A stretch of DNA of 64,000 nt from a candidate division WOR-3 bacterium (GTDB lineage: Bacteria > Hydrothermota > Tepidihabitantia > SM23-42), in contig CP070802.1 of the NCBI GenBank assembly GCA_020343595.1, positions 132,989-196,988 on the forward strand, read 5' to 3'. Under the pieces are notes generated by a model. That model made no database searches, had not been told where the DNA came from, and saw only the letters and a program-made list of their open reading frames with translations. Positions 47,701-57,009 of the stretch are shown one piece after another. The translations under genes and the position numbers were made by a program. Numbering within the stretch: the first letter of the stretch is position 1; each line of letters opens with the position of its first letter.

Positions 47701-49599
47701 ATGATAAAAGTTACGATAAACAGCGAGGTCATCGAAATAGAGGGTGGAAAACGCATTTCAGACCTGACAAAGGACAACCGATACTTTGCGGCGCGCGTGA
47801 ATGGTGCGTTGGTTGATTTAAGTACCGAAATCACGGAAGATTGTGCGATTGAATTCATAGATTTCTCGAAAGATGAAGGCAAGAAGATCTACTGGCATTC
47901 CTCATCGCATGTCATGGCAATGGCTGTGAAGCAGTTATTCCCTGATGCAAAACTGGCAATTGGGCCAGCAATCGACCAGGGTTTCTACTATGATTTCGAT
48001 ACGAAAAAACCCTTCTCGCCGGAGGACCTCACAAGAATTGAAAACAGAATGAAACAGCTTATCGAACAGGATATCCCATTCCAACGTGTAAGCATGAAGA
48101 GACAGGCTGCGATCAGTCTGTTTGAAAAAAAGGATGAACCGTATAAGGTTAACTTGATAGAAGATATTGAAGACACCGACATAAGTCTCTATCAGAATGG
48201 AGATTTTACTGACCTCTGCCGCGGTCCTCATTTGCCAAGTACCGGGTACGTCAAGAATTTCAAGCTATTGAATCTTGCAGGAGCTTACTGGCGTGGGGAT
48301 ATCAATCAGCCGATGCTCTCACGTATATACGGAATTGCATTCCCTGATGCTGCGGAGTTAAACGATTACCTTAAGAAGATCGAAGAAGCGAAGAAGCGTG
48401 ATCATCGAAAATTGGGCGTCGAGCTTGAACTCTTTTCAATATTCCAGGAAGCCGGCGCAGGTTTGGTTTACTGGCATCCAAAGGGCGCAACGCTGAGACG
48501 AATCATCGAGGAATACTGGATGAAAGAACACCTCGAGGCCGGATATCAGATAAATACAACGCCTCATATTGCCCGCGGACACCTGTGGCACCAATCAGGA
48601 CATTATGACTTTTACAAAGAAAACATGTACTTGCTGCCCGTGGAAAATGAGGAATACGTTCTCAAGCCAATGAATTGCCCCGGTCACATCCTGATCTACA
48701 AATCACGAGTACGTAGTTACCGAGAATTACCGTTGAAGTATGCCGAACTCGGTACGGTCTACCGCAATGAATTATCGGGCACCCTTCATGGGTTGCTTCG
48801 AGTGCGCGGGCTCACAATCGATGACGCCCACATATTCTGCACGCCTGAACAGATCGAAGACGAACTCGTGAAAGTGCTCGATTTAGCAAGGAAATTCATG
48901 AACCAATTCGGTTTCTACGATTTTCGCGTCGAGCTGTCGGTCCGTGATCCAAACGAAAAAGCAAAGTACCTGGGAACCGATGAAGATTGGGAAAGAGCGG
49001 AAAAGGGATTGATTGCCGCGCTCGCACGAGTCGGAGTTGAGTACCGGCGCATGGAAGGCGAAGCGGTATTCTACGGGCCCAAGATCGATATCAAACTGGT
49101 GGATGCCCTGGGTAGACCATGGCAGGCAACGACCGTGCAATTCGACTTCAATCTCCCGGGTCGTTTCGACATTGAATATATGGACAAGGACGGCAAGCAT
49201 AAGCAGGTCGTCGTCATACACCGCGCAATATACGGTTCGCTCGAACGCTTCATTGGCTGTCTCATTGAACACTACGCAGGGTCATTTCCGTTATGGCTTG
49301 CGCCGGTACAGGTTGTTATCATGCCGATAACGGATAAAGAGAACCGGTACGCCGAACAGATATTGAAAAGATGCCGCAAGCAGGGGCTACGTGCTGAACT
49401 GAACAACAGATCTGAGAAGATAAACTACCGGATCAGAGAAGTCGAGGTCAGCAAGGTTCCTTATATGCTTATATTGGGACAGCGTGAGGTGGTCGACAAA
49501 AATGTATCTGTAAGAAAACACAAGGAAGGGAATTTGGGGCAAATGACATTAAAGGAATTTTTTGCTTTGTTGAAATCAGAACAAGGAGGTGAAAATTAA
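47701..49599 (+). CDS. thrS: Threonyl-tRNA synthetase
   Basis: TGS N-domain, editing domain, class II catalytic core, and anticodon-binding domain. Confidence 0.95.
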   Translation: MIKVTINSEVIEIEGGKRISDLTKDNRYFAARVNGALVDLSTEITEDCAIEFIDFSKDEGKKIYWHSSSHVMAMAVKQLFPDAKLAIGPAIDQGFYYDFDTKKPFSPEDLTRIENRMKQLIEQDIPFQRVSMKRQAAISLFEKKDEPYKVNLIEDIEDTDISLYQNGDFTDLCRGPHLPSTGYVKNFKLLNLAGAYWRGDINQPMLSRIYGIAFPDAAELNDYLKKIEEAKKRDHRKLGVELELFSIFQEAGAGLVYWHPKGATLRRIIEEYWMKEHLEAGYQINTTPHIARGHLWHQSGHYDFYKENMYLLPVENEEYVLKPMNCPGHILIYKSRVRSYRELPLKYAELGTVYRNELSGTLHGLLRVRGLTIDDAHIFCTPEQIEDELVKVLDLARKFMNQFGFYDFRVELSVRDPNEKAKYLGTDEDWERAEKGLIAALARVGVEYRRMEGEAVFYGPKIDIKLVDALGRPWQATTVQFDFNLPGRFDIEYMDKDGKHKQVVVIHRAIYGSLERFIGCLIEHYAGSFPLWLAPVQVVIMPITDKENRYAEQILKRCRKQGLRAELNNRSEKINYRIREVEVSKVPYMLILGQREVVDKNVSVRKHKEGNLGQMTLKEFFALLKSEQGGEN

Positions 49600-50113
49600 G
49601 CACCTACCAAAGGTAAACCGCGAAATCAGAGCGCAGAGAGTTAAGATTGTGGATGAAGACGGAACAATGCTCGGCGAATTCAACATTAAGGAAGCAATGC
49701 GCATGGCGCGGTCAAAGGAACTCGATCTCGTTGAGGTTGCACCAAATGCCAAACCTCCAGTCTGTCGCTTCATGGATTTTGGCCGTTATGTCTATGAAAA
49801 GAAACGCCAGGAGCGTGAATCACGAAAACATCAACACAGGACGACGGCGCGCGGCATGCGGTTCTCACTCAAGATCAGCGAACATGACTATCAGGTGAAA
49901 CTTGCCAAGGTTAAGGAATTCCTGATGGACGGCGATCGCGTGAAGATTTCATTGCGGCTGAGGGGAAGAGAAATGGTGCATGCCGACATGGCTATAAAGA
50001 TGCTGCAGAAGATGCAGGTCGACCTGGAGGGTCTTGGCAAGCCTGAGGCAGATCCTAGGAAGGAGAACAATATCTTTATGGTAACTTTCTTGCCCGAGAA
50101 AAAGAGGAGATAA
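49589..50113 (+). CDS. infC: Translation initiation factor IF-3
   Basis: Similar to IF-3 along its whole length. The tool start is a GTG at 49589; an in-frame ATT at 49595 sits 4 nt after GGAGGT, and AUU is the classic autoregulatory infC start. Confidence 0.9.
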   Translation: MKIKHLPKVNREIRAQRVKIVDEDGTMLGEFNIKEAMRMARSKELDLVEVAPNAKPPVCRFMDFGRYVYEKKRQERESRKHQHRTTARGMRFSLKISEHDYQVKLAKVKEFLMDGDRVKISLRLRGREMVHADMAIKMLQKMQVDLEGLGKPEADPRKENNIFMVTFLPEKKRR

Positions 50114-50117
50114 TCCA

Positions 50118-50306
50118 ATGGCAAAGCAGAAGACGAAGCGCGGCGCTGCAAAACGACTGAAAGTCAAGAAAAGTGGTGTTATTATGCGCAGTAGGGCAGG
50201 CAGGAGGCATATACTGTCCTCCAAGTCGCGGAAGAGGAAGAGAAGACTTCGTAAACCTGCAAAGGTATCGAAGTCCGACCTGAAAAGAACAAAACCGTTG
50301 ATTTAA
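50118..50306 (+). CDS. rpmI: 50S ribosomal protein L35
   Basis: MAKQKTKRGAAKRLKVKKSG... is a basic 62-aa protein matching L35. Confidence 0.9.
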   Translation: MAKQKTKRGAAKRLKVKKSGVIMRSRAGRRHILSSKSRKRKRRLRKPAKVSKSDLKRTKPLI

Positions 50307-50427
50307 CGAGAGTTTTCGTTTACGCAGAAATCAAGGCGTTCCGTCCCTACGGGGCGTAGTTACTGGTGGAGTATAGTCCGTCAAGCAGACACATAACCCA
50401 ACCGTATCGCGCGTTTCTGCGAAAACA

Positions 50428-50455
50428 TTGACAGAAAATTAGAAATGATTATAAT
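50428..50455 (+). promoter_or_regulatory. Sigma70 promoter TTGACA-N16-TATAAT upstream of rplT
   Basis: ttgaca at 50428-50433 and tataat at 50450-50455. It lies inside a structured rpmI-rplT spacer. Confidence 0.5.
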
Positions 50456-50477
50456 TTGAGAAGAAAGGAGTCTGAAC

Positions 50478-50867
50478 ATGCCAAGAACGAAAAATGTCCC
50501 CCAGACACGCAAAAGGCGAAAAAAGTGGCTGAAACAGGCAAAAGGCTACTGGGGCGGGAAGCACCGCCTCTACAAGACGGCGCGGATTGCTGTTATGAAG
50601 GCCTGGATCTCGGCATATCGCGAGAGAAGACGAAAAAAACGTACATATAGAGCACTGTGGATAACCAGAATAAATGCTGCACTCCGGGCCAGGGGCATGA
50701 AATATTCACAGTTTATCCACATTCTAAAGAAGAATAATATTGACCTCGATCGTAAAACTCTGGCCAGCATTGCATATGAATATCCTGAGCAGTTCGACAA
50801 ACTGATTGAGATCTGCCAGGCTGAGGACCAGAAAGGTAAGAAAAAGAATGCAGGAAAAACTGAATAG
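50478..50867 (+). CDS. rplT: 50S ribosomal protein L20
   Basis: MPRTKNVPQTRKRRKKWLKQAKGYWGG... Confidence 0.9.
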   Translation: MPRTKNVPQTRKRRKKWLKQAKGYWGGKHRLYKTARIAVMKAWISAYRERRRKKRTYRALWITRINAALRARGMKYSQFIHILKKNNIDLDRKTLASIAYEYPEQFDKLIEICQAEDQKGKKKNAGKTE

Positions 50868-51849
50868 TCTGGAAAAAGAGATCCGTCTCGCCCTTAAACA
50901 GGCACAGGATCCTGCCCAATTAGAAGACTTGAGGATCAAGTATCTTGGCCGAAAAGGGGCGATCAACAGGCTATTCAAAGAGCTTGCACAACTCCCGCCT
51001 GAGGGAAAAAAGGCATATGGCGAAGTGATCAACAGGCTGAAGAACACTGTCGCCGGTGAATTGAATTCAAGGCTGGAAGGACTCAAGGTAGGATCGAAAA
51101 ACGAGTTTGAATTGCTGTTACCCGGGAAAATTCCACCGGTCGGTCATCTGCATCCACTGACCAAGGTTTTTGACGAGATAGTGACGTTCTTCAAAAGTTA
51201 TGGCTTCACGGTTGAGACCGGGCCCGAAATCGAATATGACTGGTACAATTTTGGCGCCCTGAACATGGCAAAGGACCATCCAGCCCGGGATATGTTCTCG
51301 AGTTTCTTCATAAAAGAAGACCTGCTACTTAGAAGCCACACATCACCGGTTCAAATAAGGACGATGGAGAAACAGAAGCCCCCAGTCAAAATAATCTGCC
51401 CGGGGCGCTGCTACAGATACGATGCCTTCGATGCAAGCCATTCACCTGTTTTTCACCAGGTCGAAGCCCTTTATGTTGACAAGGGTGTTTCCTTTGGTGA
51501 ACTCAAGTGGATTCTTGGTGAGTTCGTAACCTATGTTTTCGGCGCGCAAACAAGATACCAAATACGTCCATCTTTTTTCCCCTTCACAGAGCCGTCCGGT
51601 GAATTGGCTGTAGGCTGCATGGTCTGCGGGGGAACCGGCTGTTCGGTATGCGGGAGCAGCGGATGGTTAGAAGTTCTCGGATGTGGCATGGTTCATCCAA
51701 ACGTCCTGAAGAACGTGAAGATCTCTCCGAAGAAATACTCCGGATATGCCCTCGGCATGGGCGTAGAACGTGTGGCGATGATCAAGTACGTAATCGACGA
51801 CATCAGGGTTTTCTACAATAACGATGTAAGATTTTTGGCGCAATTCTAA
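50848..51849 (+). CDS. pheS: Phenylalanyl-tRNA synthetase alpha subunit
   Basis: FFPFTEPS and class II motifs. The start was trimmed to the ATG at 50848 (MQEKLNSLEKEIR...). Confidence 0.9.
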   Translation: MQEKLNSLEKEIRLALKQAQDPAQLEDLRIKYLGRKGAINRLFKELAQLPPEGKKAYGEVINRLKNTVAGELNSRLEGLKVGSKNEFELLLPGKIPPVGHLHPLTKVFDEIVTFFKSYGFTVETGPEIEYDWYNFGALNMAKDHPARDMFSSFFIKEDLLLRSHTSPVQIRTMEKQKPPVKIICPGRCYRYDAFDASHSPVFHQVEALYVDKGVSFGELKWILGEFVTYVFGAQTRYQIRPSFFPFTEPSGELAVGCMVCGGTGCSVCGSSGWLEVLGCGMVHPNVLKNVKISPKKYSGYALGMGVERVAMIKYVIDDIRVFYNNDVRFLAQF

Positions 51850-51987
51850 TGAACGGAGTTCATTTGATTACGGAGATAATAAACAAGATGACAGAGATAG
51901 ACCAGAAGAAGGCGGGGATAGAATATCGCTCTAATCTATCTGTTCATCGTTGTAATCAACGCGACAGAGTCGCGGAGCGAGGTAGGG

Positions 51988-54318
51988 GTGTTATTCTCGA
52001 TCAAGTGGCTTGAGGAATTCCTGCGGACACGGCTGGACATTACCAGACTTGAGAAGGTTTGTCTGAATCTTGGACTTGAAATAGAAGACAGGGCTAACTA
52101 CGCGCCGCAGGATATCGTTATCGGGAAGATCACTTCGATCGAACCACACTCCCGGCAGAAGGATCTGGATATCCTGAATGTCAAGACCAGACGCGATACT
52201 ACGATCGTGACCGCAGCGAAGAATATCAAGCAGGGGGATTTCGTCCTTGTTGTCGCTGCCGGTTCAAAGCTCAACGAAACCCTGGTCACCGAGAAGAAGT
52301 TCGCCGGCATCAAATCTGAAGGTGTATTGGTCAGCGAGCAGGAATTGGGTCTCGCTGAATCGTCAACCGGCGTCATTGTAGTCGATCGGGGTAAACCCGG
52401 TGCACCGTTCTTTAAATATTTTGACGACCTGGTCGTCGATATCAGCGCAACACCTAATCGCCCTGATTGGCTTTCCCTGGAGGGCGTCGCCCGCGAGATA
52501 TCGGGCAGTCTTGGCATCGATTATTCCAAACTGAGTTCGCTGGACCGTATGTACGCGCCAGTTCAAAGGAACAGAACAGGCGCGTTCAAGATAAAGATCG
52601 AAGACCTGGCCGGTTGCCCAAGGTATACAGGACGTGTCTTTGATCAAGTCGATGTTGGGGAATCTCCGTTCTGGATAAAATGGCGCCTCCATTGTATGGG
52701 CATGAATGGGATAAACAAAATAGTGGACATTACCAACCTCATCATGCTCCTGACCGGACAACCCTTACACCCCTTTGATGCCGACCTGCTACGGGGAGGT
52801 ATATTTATCCGCAAAGCAAAAGAGGGCGAGAGATTCGTTACCCTCGACGGGACCATCCTAAAGCTCTCAGCCGAAGATCTGGTCATCGCTGATCGCGAAG
52901 GACCGATTGCACTTGCCGGTATCATCGGCGCGAAACGTGCTCAGATATCCCGTACCACGAAGCGAGTGGTGCTCGAGAGCGCCTACTTCGACCCCAAGCG
53001 AATCGGACACACGGCGCGAAGGCTCGGCATAATGACCGATGCATCAACGCGATTTGAACGCGGCGGAGACATCGCCGTGGTCGATTCGGCATCATCCATG
53101 GCCGGTGCACTTTTCATCCAGCATACAGGTTGCAGGGAAATTGAATTCATCGGTCAGGGCAAGAAATTCTTGCCAAAGACGGTACGTTTCTCCCTTCCCC
53201 GGCTGAATGAAATACTTTCCCTCGATCTGAGCTCCAAAGAGGTCAAAGAAATTCTGAGGAAGATCAACATCCGGGTCTCTGGTTCCTCTTCGCTTGTCGC
53301 GAAGATCCCCCACTACCGACGCGACATACATATCGAGGAGGATCTGTTTGAAGAGGTCGCACGTGTCTATGGTTATGAAAGAATTCCCGAAACCGAACCC
53401 AAAAGATGCTCTGGGCGCGTACAGATCAGCAGAAGCAGCGTCTATGAAGAGAAGTTAAGGAACTATCTGGTTGGACAGGGGTTCGACGAAACATATAATC
53501 TTTCGTTGATGTCTGGCAAACTGCTCAAGGATACCGGGTATGAACAGTTTGTAAAGATCAAGAATCCGCTAAACGAGCGGTTCGATGCACTTAGACCAAC
53601 ACTCTTGTTTGGGTTGTTGGATGCTTTGAACTACAATCTGTCCAAAGGGAATAGATCCCTTAGGTTATTTGAAATGGGAAATGTACTTCTAACCAAACCA
53701 CCTTATCAGGAACGCCGTTTAGGTTTGATACTGGGTGGCGACCGCAACCAAGACTTCTGGCAGAAGGAAGAAGACATGCTGGATTTCTTCGACGCAAAGG
53801 GGGTAGTAGAAAGCGTCTTCGAAATACTTCACATATCGGACATCAATTTCAAACCTGCAGCGAGAAGAGGATTCGATCACGGATTGATGATTCACGTCGG
53901 AGGCAAGGAGCTTGGCTGCCTCGCTTCCCTCGGCAAGGAATTATGTAAGGACCCGTACTACTTCTTTGAGCTGTCACTTGAGCCTCTGTGGGATATGATC
54001 GAAGATGCGTTCTATATGCCTCCACCCAGGTTTCCGGCAAATACGCGAGACTTATCCTTCGTTACCGACAACGAAGTGCAAATTCCCGATATGGTCAATG
54101 TAATATCCAGGATCGGAGGTCCGGTCCTGGAGCAAGTTGTGCTTTTTGATTACTATAAAGGGGATAGTTTAGGCCCCACGAAGAAAAGCTTAGGATTCCG
54201 TCTGCACTTTCGGGCACCAGACCGAACCCTTACGGATAGAGAAGTGGATGTCTTCGTCAAGAAGATCACTCAAGATGTGCTAAAGACATTCAATGCAAGT
54301 CTAAGAACAAAGGAGTAG
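51988..54318 (+). CDS. pheT: Phenylalanyl-tRNA synthetase beta subunit
   Basis: MLFSIKWLEEFL N-terminus plus B3/4, B5 and FDX-ACB domains. GTG start. Confidence 0.9.
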   Translation: MLFSIKWLEEFLRTRLDITRLEKVCLNLGLEIEDRANYAPQDIVIGKITSIEPHSRQKDLDILNVKTRRDTTIVTAAKNIKQGDFVLVVAAGSKLNETLVTEKKFAGIKSEGVLVSEQELGLAESSTGVIVVDRGKPGAPFFKYFDDLVVDISATPNRPDWLSLEGVAREISGSLGIDYSKLSSLDRMYAPVQRNRTGAFKIKIEDLAGCPRYTGRVFDQVDVGESPFWIKWRLHCMGMNGINKIVDITNLIMLLTGQPLHPFDADLLRGGIFIRKAKEGERFVTLDGTILKLSAEDLVIADREGPIALAGIIGAKRAQISRTTKRVVLESAYFDPKRIGHTARRLGIMTDASTRFERGGDIAVVDSASSMAGALFIQHTGCREIEFIGQGKKFLPKTVRFSLPRLNEILSLDLSSKEVKEILRKINIRVSGSSSLVAKIPHYRRDIHIEEDLFEEVARVYGYERIPETEPKRCSGRVQISRSSVYEEKLRNYLVGQGFDETYNLSLMSGKLLKDTGYEQFVKIKNPLNERFDALRPTLLFGLLDALNYNLSKGNRSLRLFEMGNVLLTKPPYQERRLGLILGGDRNQDFWQKEEDMLDFFDAKGVVESVFEILHISDINFKPAARRGFDHGLMIHVGGKELGCLASLGKELCKDPYYFFELSLEPLWDMIEDAFYMPPPRFPANTRDLSFVTDNEVQIPDMVNVISRIGGPVLEQVVLFDYYKGDSLGPTKKSLGFRLHFRAPDRTLTDREVDVFVKKITQDVLKTFNASLRTKE

Positions 54319-54320
54319 AG

Positions 54321-54500
54321 TTGGACGAATTGACTAAGCTTGAAGAAAGAATCGACAAGTTGGTTTCTTTGATCCGCGAGTTGAGACAGAAGGTTGAGGA
54401 TCTGGAAGAAAACAACGGTCGTTTGCAGAATACAAAACAAGAGGTTAAGAAAAGGGTTGATGGCTTGATCGAGAAGGTTGATAATCTGTTAATATAGGAG
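54321..54500 (+). CDS. Small coiled-coil protein (59 aa), ZapB-like cell division factor candidate
   Basis: TTG start 9 nt after AAGGAG. Translation LDELTKLEERIDKLVSLIRELRQKVEDLEENNGRLQNTKQEVKKRVDGLIEKVDNLLI shows a heptad coiled coil. It lies directly upstream of zapA. Confidence 0.4.
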
Positions 54501-54505
54501 ATAAG

Positions 54506-54793
54506 TTGAAGAAAACTGAGGTTATCGTTAGCATCTTTGGAAATGACTATCGTGTCATCTCCGATGATGTGGATACCGAACGAATAAAGGAAGTCGCCGA
54601 GATCGTCGATGCCAAGATGAAAGAGATCCATCGCGAATTTCCCTTGCCTTCGACTACAAAGATCGCTGTTCTTGCGTGTCTGAACTTGGTTGACGACTAT
54701 CTTCAACGTGAGAATCAACAGAGCAAGAAGTTGTCCGATATGGAAGAGAGGATAAGGTCTCTTATCCTCAAGATAGACGAAGCAGTTCCTTGA
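54506..54793 (+). CDS. zapA: Cell division protein ZapA
   Basis: VSIFGNDYRVISDD...KIAVLACLNLVDDY matches ZapA. RBS AGGAGA; TTG start. Confidence 0.7.
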   Translation: MKKTEVIVSIFGNDYRVISDDVDTERIKEVAEIVDAKMKEIHREFPLPSTTKIAVLACLNLVDDYLQRENQQSKKLSDMEERIRSLILKIDEAVP

Positions 54794-54796
54794 TTC

Positions 54797-54950
54797 GTTC
54801 CCTGCAGTGCCCGTGATCGGTATGAAGTCTTGAGCCAACACCCATCTTAAGGGAGCCAAGTTCGATCAGGGATTTTACCCGAATTCGACTGGCGCCCACC
54901 TTAACCTTGGGTTCAAAGACTTTTTACCACACGGCACTTGCGGGGAGCTT
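54797..54950 (+). ncRNA. ssrS: Candidate 6S RNA (ssrS) between zapA and rny
   Basis: ~150-nt non-coding gap with long-range complementarity between its ends (gaagtctt/aagacttt; gtgcccgtg/cacggcac) closing a central unpaired region. The zapA-ssrS synteny is known from E. coli. Boundaries are approximate. Confidence 0.3.
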
Positions 54951-54985
54951 TAAAAAATTGCCTCCGGGGGAGGTAAGGAGTCTTT

Positions 54986-56542
54986 ATGATAACCTATACG
55001 TTTATCGCAATCGCCATTCTAGTTGTGGCGGTCGTTTCAGCAATTTTTCTGTATCTACGCTTTGGCAAGTCAAAATTAGCAAGTGCTTCACACGAAGCGA
55101 CCCGCATAATAGAAGAAGCAAAGAGAGACGCTGAAAACAGCCGCAAGGCAGCCGATATTGCTGCCAAGGAGCATTGGTATCAAGAAAAAGTCAAGTTTGA
55201 GAAAGAAACGTCCTCACGGCGCAAAGAGATCGACCGTGCCGACAAAAGACTTTCAGAGAAAGAACGTGTTCTGGACAGACATGAACATCTGATCGTCGAC
55301 CGTGAAAAAGAGTTGATGACGATGCAGCATGATCTGCAGAACAAGGAAAGAATAATCCACGCAAAATCCGAGAGATTCGACCAGATGATCCGCGAGCAGA
55401 ATGAAGCGCTGCAGAAGATCGCTAACCTGTCGAAAGAGGAAGCAAAGGCCATGCTCATGCGAAATCTCGAAGCTGAGGCGAGACACGAAGCGGCATCCTT
55501 GATCAACCAGATAAAGGAAGAGGCAAAGTCAAAAGCCGAAGAAAGCTCCCGGGAAGTGCTACTTCAGGTTATCCAGCGCTGTGCGACGGCACATACTGCA
55601 GATACAACAATATCGGTGGTCCCGATACCTTCGGACGAAATGAAGGGACGCATAATCGGTCGTGAAGGAAGAAACATACGCGCCTTCGAAAATCTCACCG
55701 GTGTCGAGGTCGTGATTGACGATACACCGGAAATGATATCACTATCCTGTTTTGACCCAATAAGGAGAGAGGTGGCCCGCATTTCCATGGAGAAACTGAT
55801 CACGGATGGCCGGATACACCCTTCACGGATCGAGGATGTTGTGCAGACCGCTCGCAAAGAAATAGAGGGTATCATAAAAAATACTGGCGAGGAAGTCGTC
55901 CTCGAACTCGGCATCATCGGTGTCGCGCCCGAGATCGTAAAGTACCTCGGTAAGATGAAATATCGCACCAGTTACGGTCAGAACCTTCTGCAGCATTCAA
56001 GAGAGGTCGCTTCTTTGTCCGCACTGCTTGCCCAGGAATTAGGCTTGGACCAAACAACCGCGAAGCGCGCAGGCTTATTACACGATCTGGGCAAGGTCGC
56101 CGACGGTACATTCGATGGCTCTCACGCCCACATCGGCGCTGACATTGCCGGGAAGTTCGGAGAGGGCGATATAGTTGCCAACGCGATTGCCGCTCACCAT
56201 GAAGAGGTCAGGCCATTATCACCGTACGCGGCGATTGTCGAAATTGCCGATTCGATTTCGGGGTCCAGACCAGGTGCGCGCCGTGAAACGATCGAAGCTT
56301 ACATAAAGAGACTCAACACGCTCGAAGAACTCGCATCGTCATTCGATGGGGTCGAGCGGGTATTCGCAATACAGGCGGGGCGCGAAATACGGGTCATGGT
56401 CCATCCGGAGAAGATCTCCGATATCGAAGCAGAGAGCCTCGCCCACGATATCGCGCGGCGTATCGAGAAGGAAACACAATATCCCGGGCAGATAAAGGTT
56501 ACCGTGATACGCGAAAAGAGGGTAGTCGAAACGGCGAAATAA
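54986..56542 (+). CDS. rny: Ribonuclease Y (TM anchor + KH + HD domains)
   Basis: N-terminal TM helix, coiled coil, KH domain (IIGREGRNIRAFE), and HD domain (LLHDLGK...H). Confidence 0.9.
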   Translation: MITYTFIAIAILVVAVVSAIFLYLRFGKSKLASASHEATRIIEEAKRDAENSRKAADIAAKEHWYQEKVKFEKETSSRRKEIDRADKRLSEKERVLDRHEHLIVDREKELMTMQHDLQNKERIIHAKSERFDQMIREQNEALQKIANLSKEEAKAMLMRNLEAEARHEAASLINQIKEEAKSKAEESSREVLLQVIQRCATAHTADTTISVVPIPSDEMKGRIIGREGRNIRAFENLTGVEVVIDDTPEMISLSCFDPIRREVARISMEKLITDGRIHPSRIEDVVQTARKEIEGIIKNTGEEVVLELGIIGVAPEIVKYLGKMKYRTSYGQNLLQHSREVASLSALLAQELGLDQTTAKRAGLLHDLGKVADGTFDGSHAHIGADIAGKFGEGDIVANAIAAHHEEVRPLSPYAAIVEIADSISGSRPGARRETIEAYIKRLNTLEELASSFDGVERVFAIQAGREIRVMVHPEKISDIEAESLAHDIARRIEKETQYPGQIKVTVIREKRVVETAK

Positions 56543-56624
56543 ACTTCTATACGCAGAACCGCAGTATCACATTGTTCGCAGGATCATCTGCCAGCGGCAG
56601 ACTCGGCACACACAACATAGTTTC

Positions 56625-56714
56625 CTGAAGACATATCCTATGGATTGAAGACATGCTGCGCTGAAGTCACGTCGCTCCGCTCCTGAAGACACGCTACGCT
56701 GAGAAACGGCGACA
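56625..56714 (+). repeat. Five imperfect tandem repeats of TGAAGACAYGCTRCGC-like units (16-22 nt)
   Basis: Units begin at 56625, 56645, 56661, 56683 and 56699, just downstream of rny. Confidence 0.45.
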
Positions 56715-56850
56715 AGGGGGCTGGCTCTGTAAGGTGCCTGTCCCCGGCAAATCCGTTAAATCTCAAATCCTAAGCATCAAATACCAAATAAATTTCAATA
56801 CTCAAATCCAAATGGCTAAAACAGATACTGAAACATTGGTTACGTTTATT

Positions 56851-56954
56851 GGTTACGATGCCCGTATCGACTAAAAAGGCAACGTTCCACGTTACGAAAC
56901 CGAAGCCGTGTCTCGATAACGTACCGCTTTTCGAGACCGCGGGACGATGTCTTC
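56851..56954. repeat. Intergenic repeat copy A (two segments, 54 nt + 34 nt) flanking CPBP protease gene
   Basis: 56851-56904 is ~87% identical to 57775-57828, and 56921-56954 matches 57954-57987. Confidence 0.6.
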
Positions 56955-57009
56955 ATTCGCTCCGTCGTCATAGCAATATTAACGAACCTAACGAAATTAA
57001 CGTATTTTG

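Noticed and set aside
54321-54500. Possibility that the zapA-upstream coiled-coil ORF is spurious
   Set aside because: Not fully rejected. It is kept as a low-confidence feature because it has an RBS and a heptad pattern and sits in the zapB-like position. It starts at TTG and is only 59 aa.
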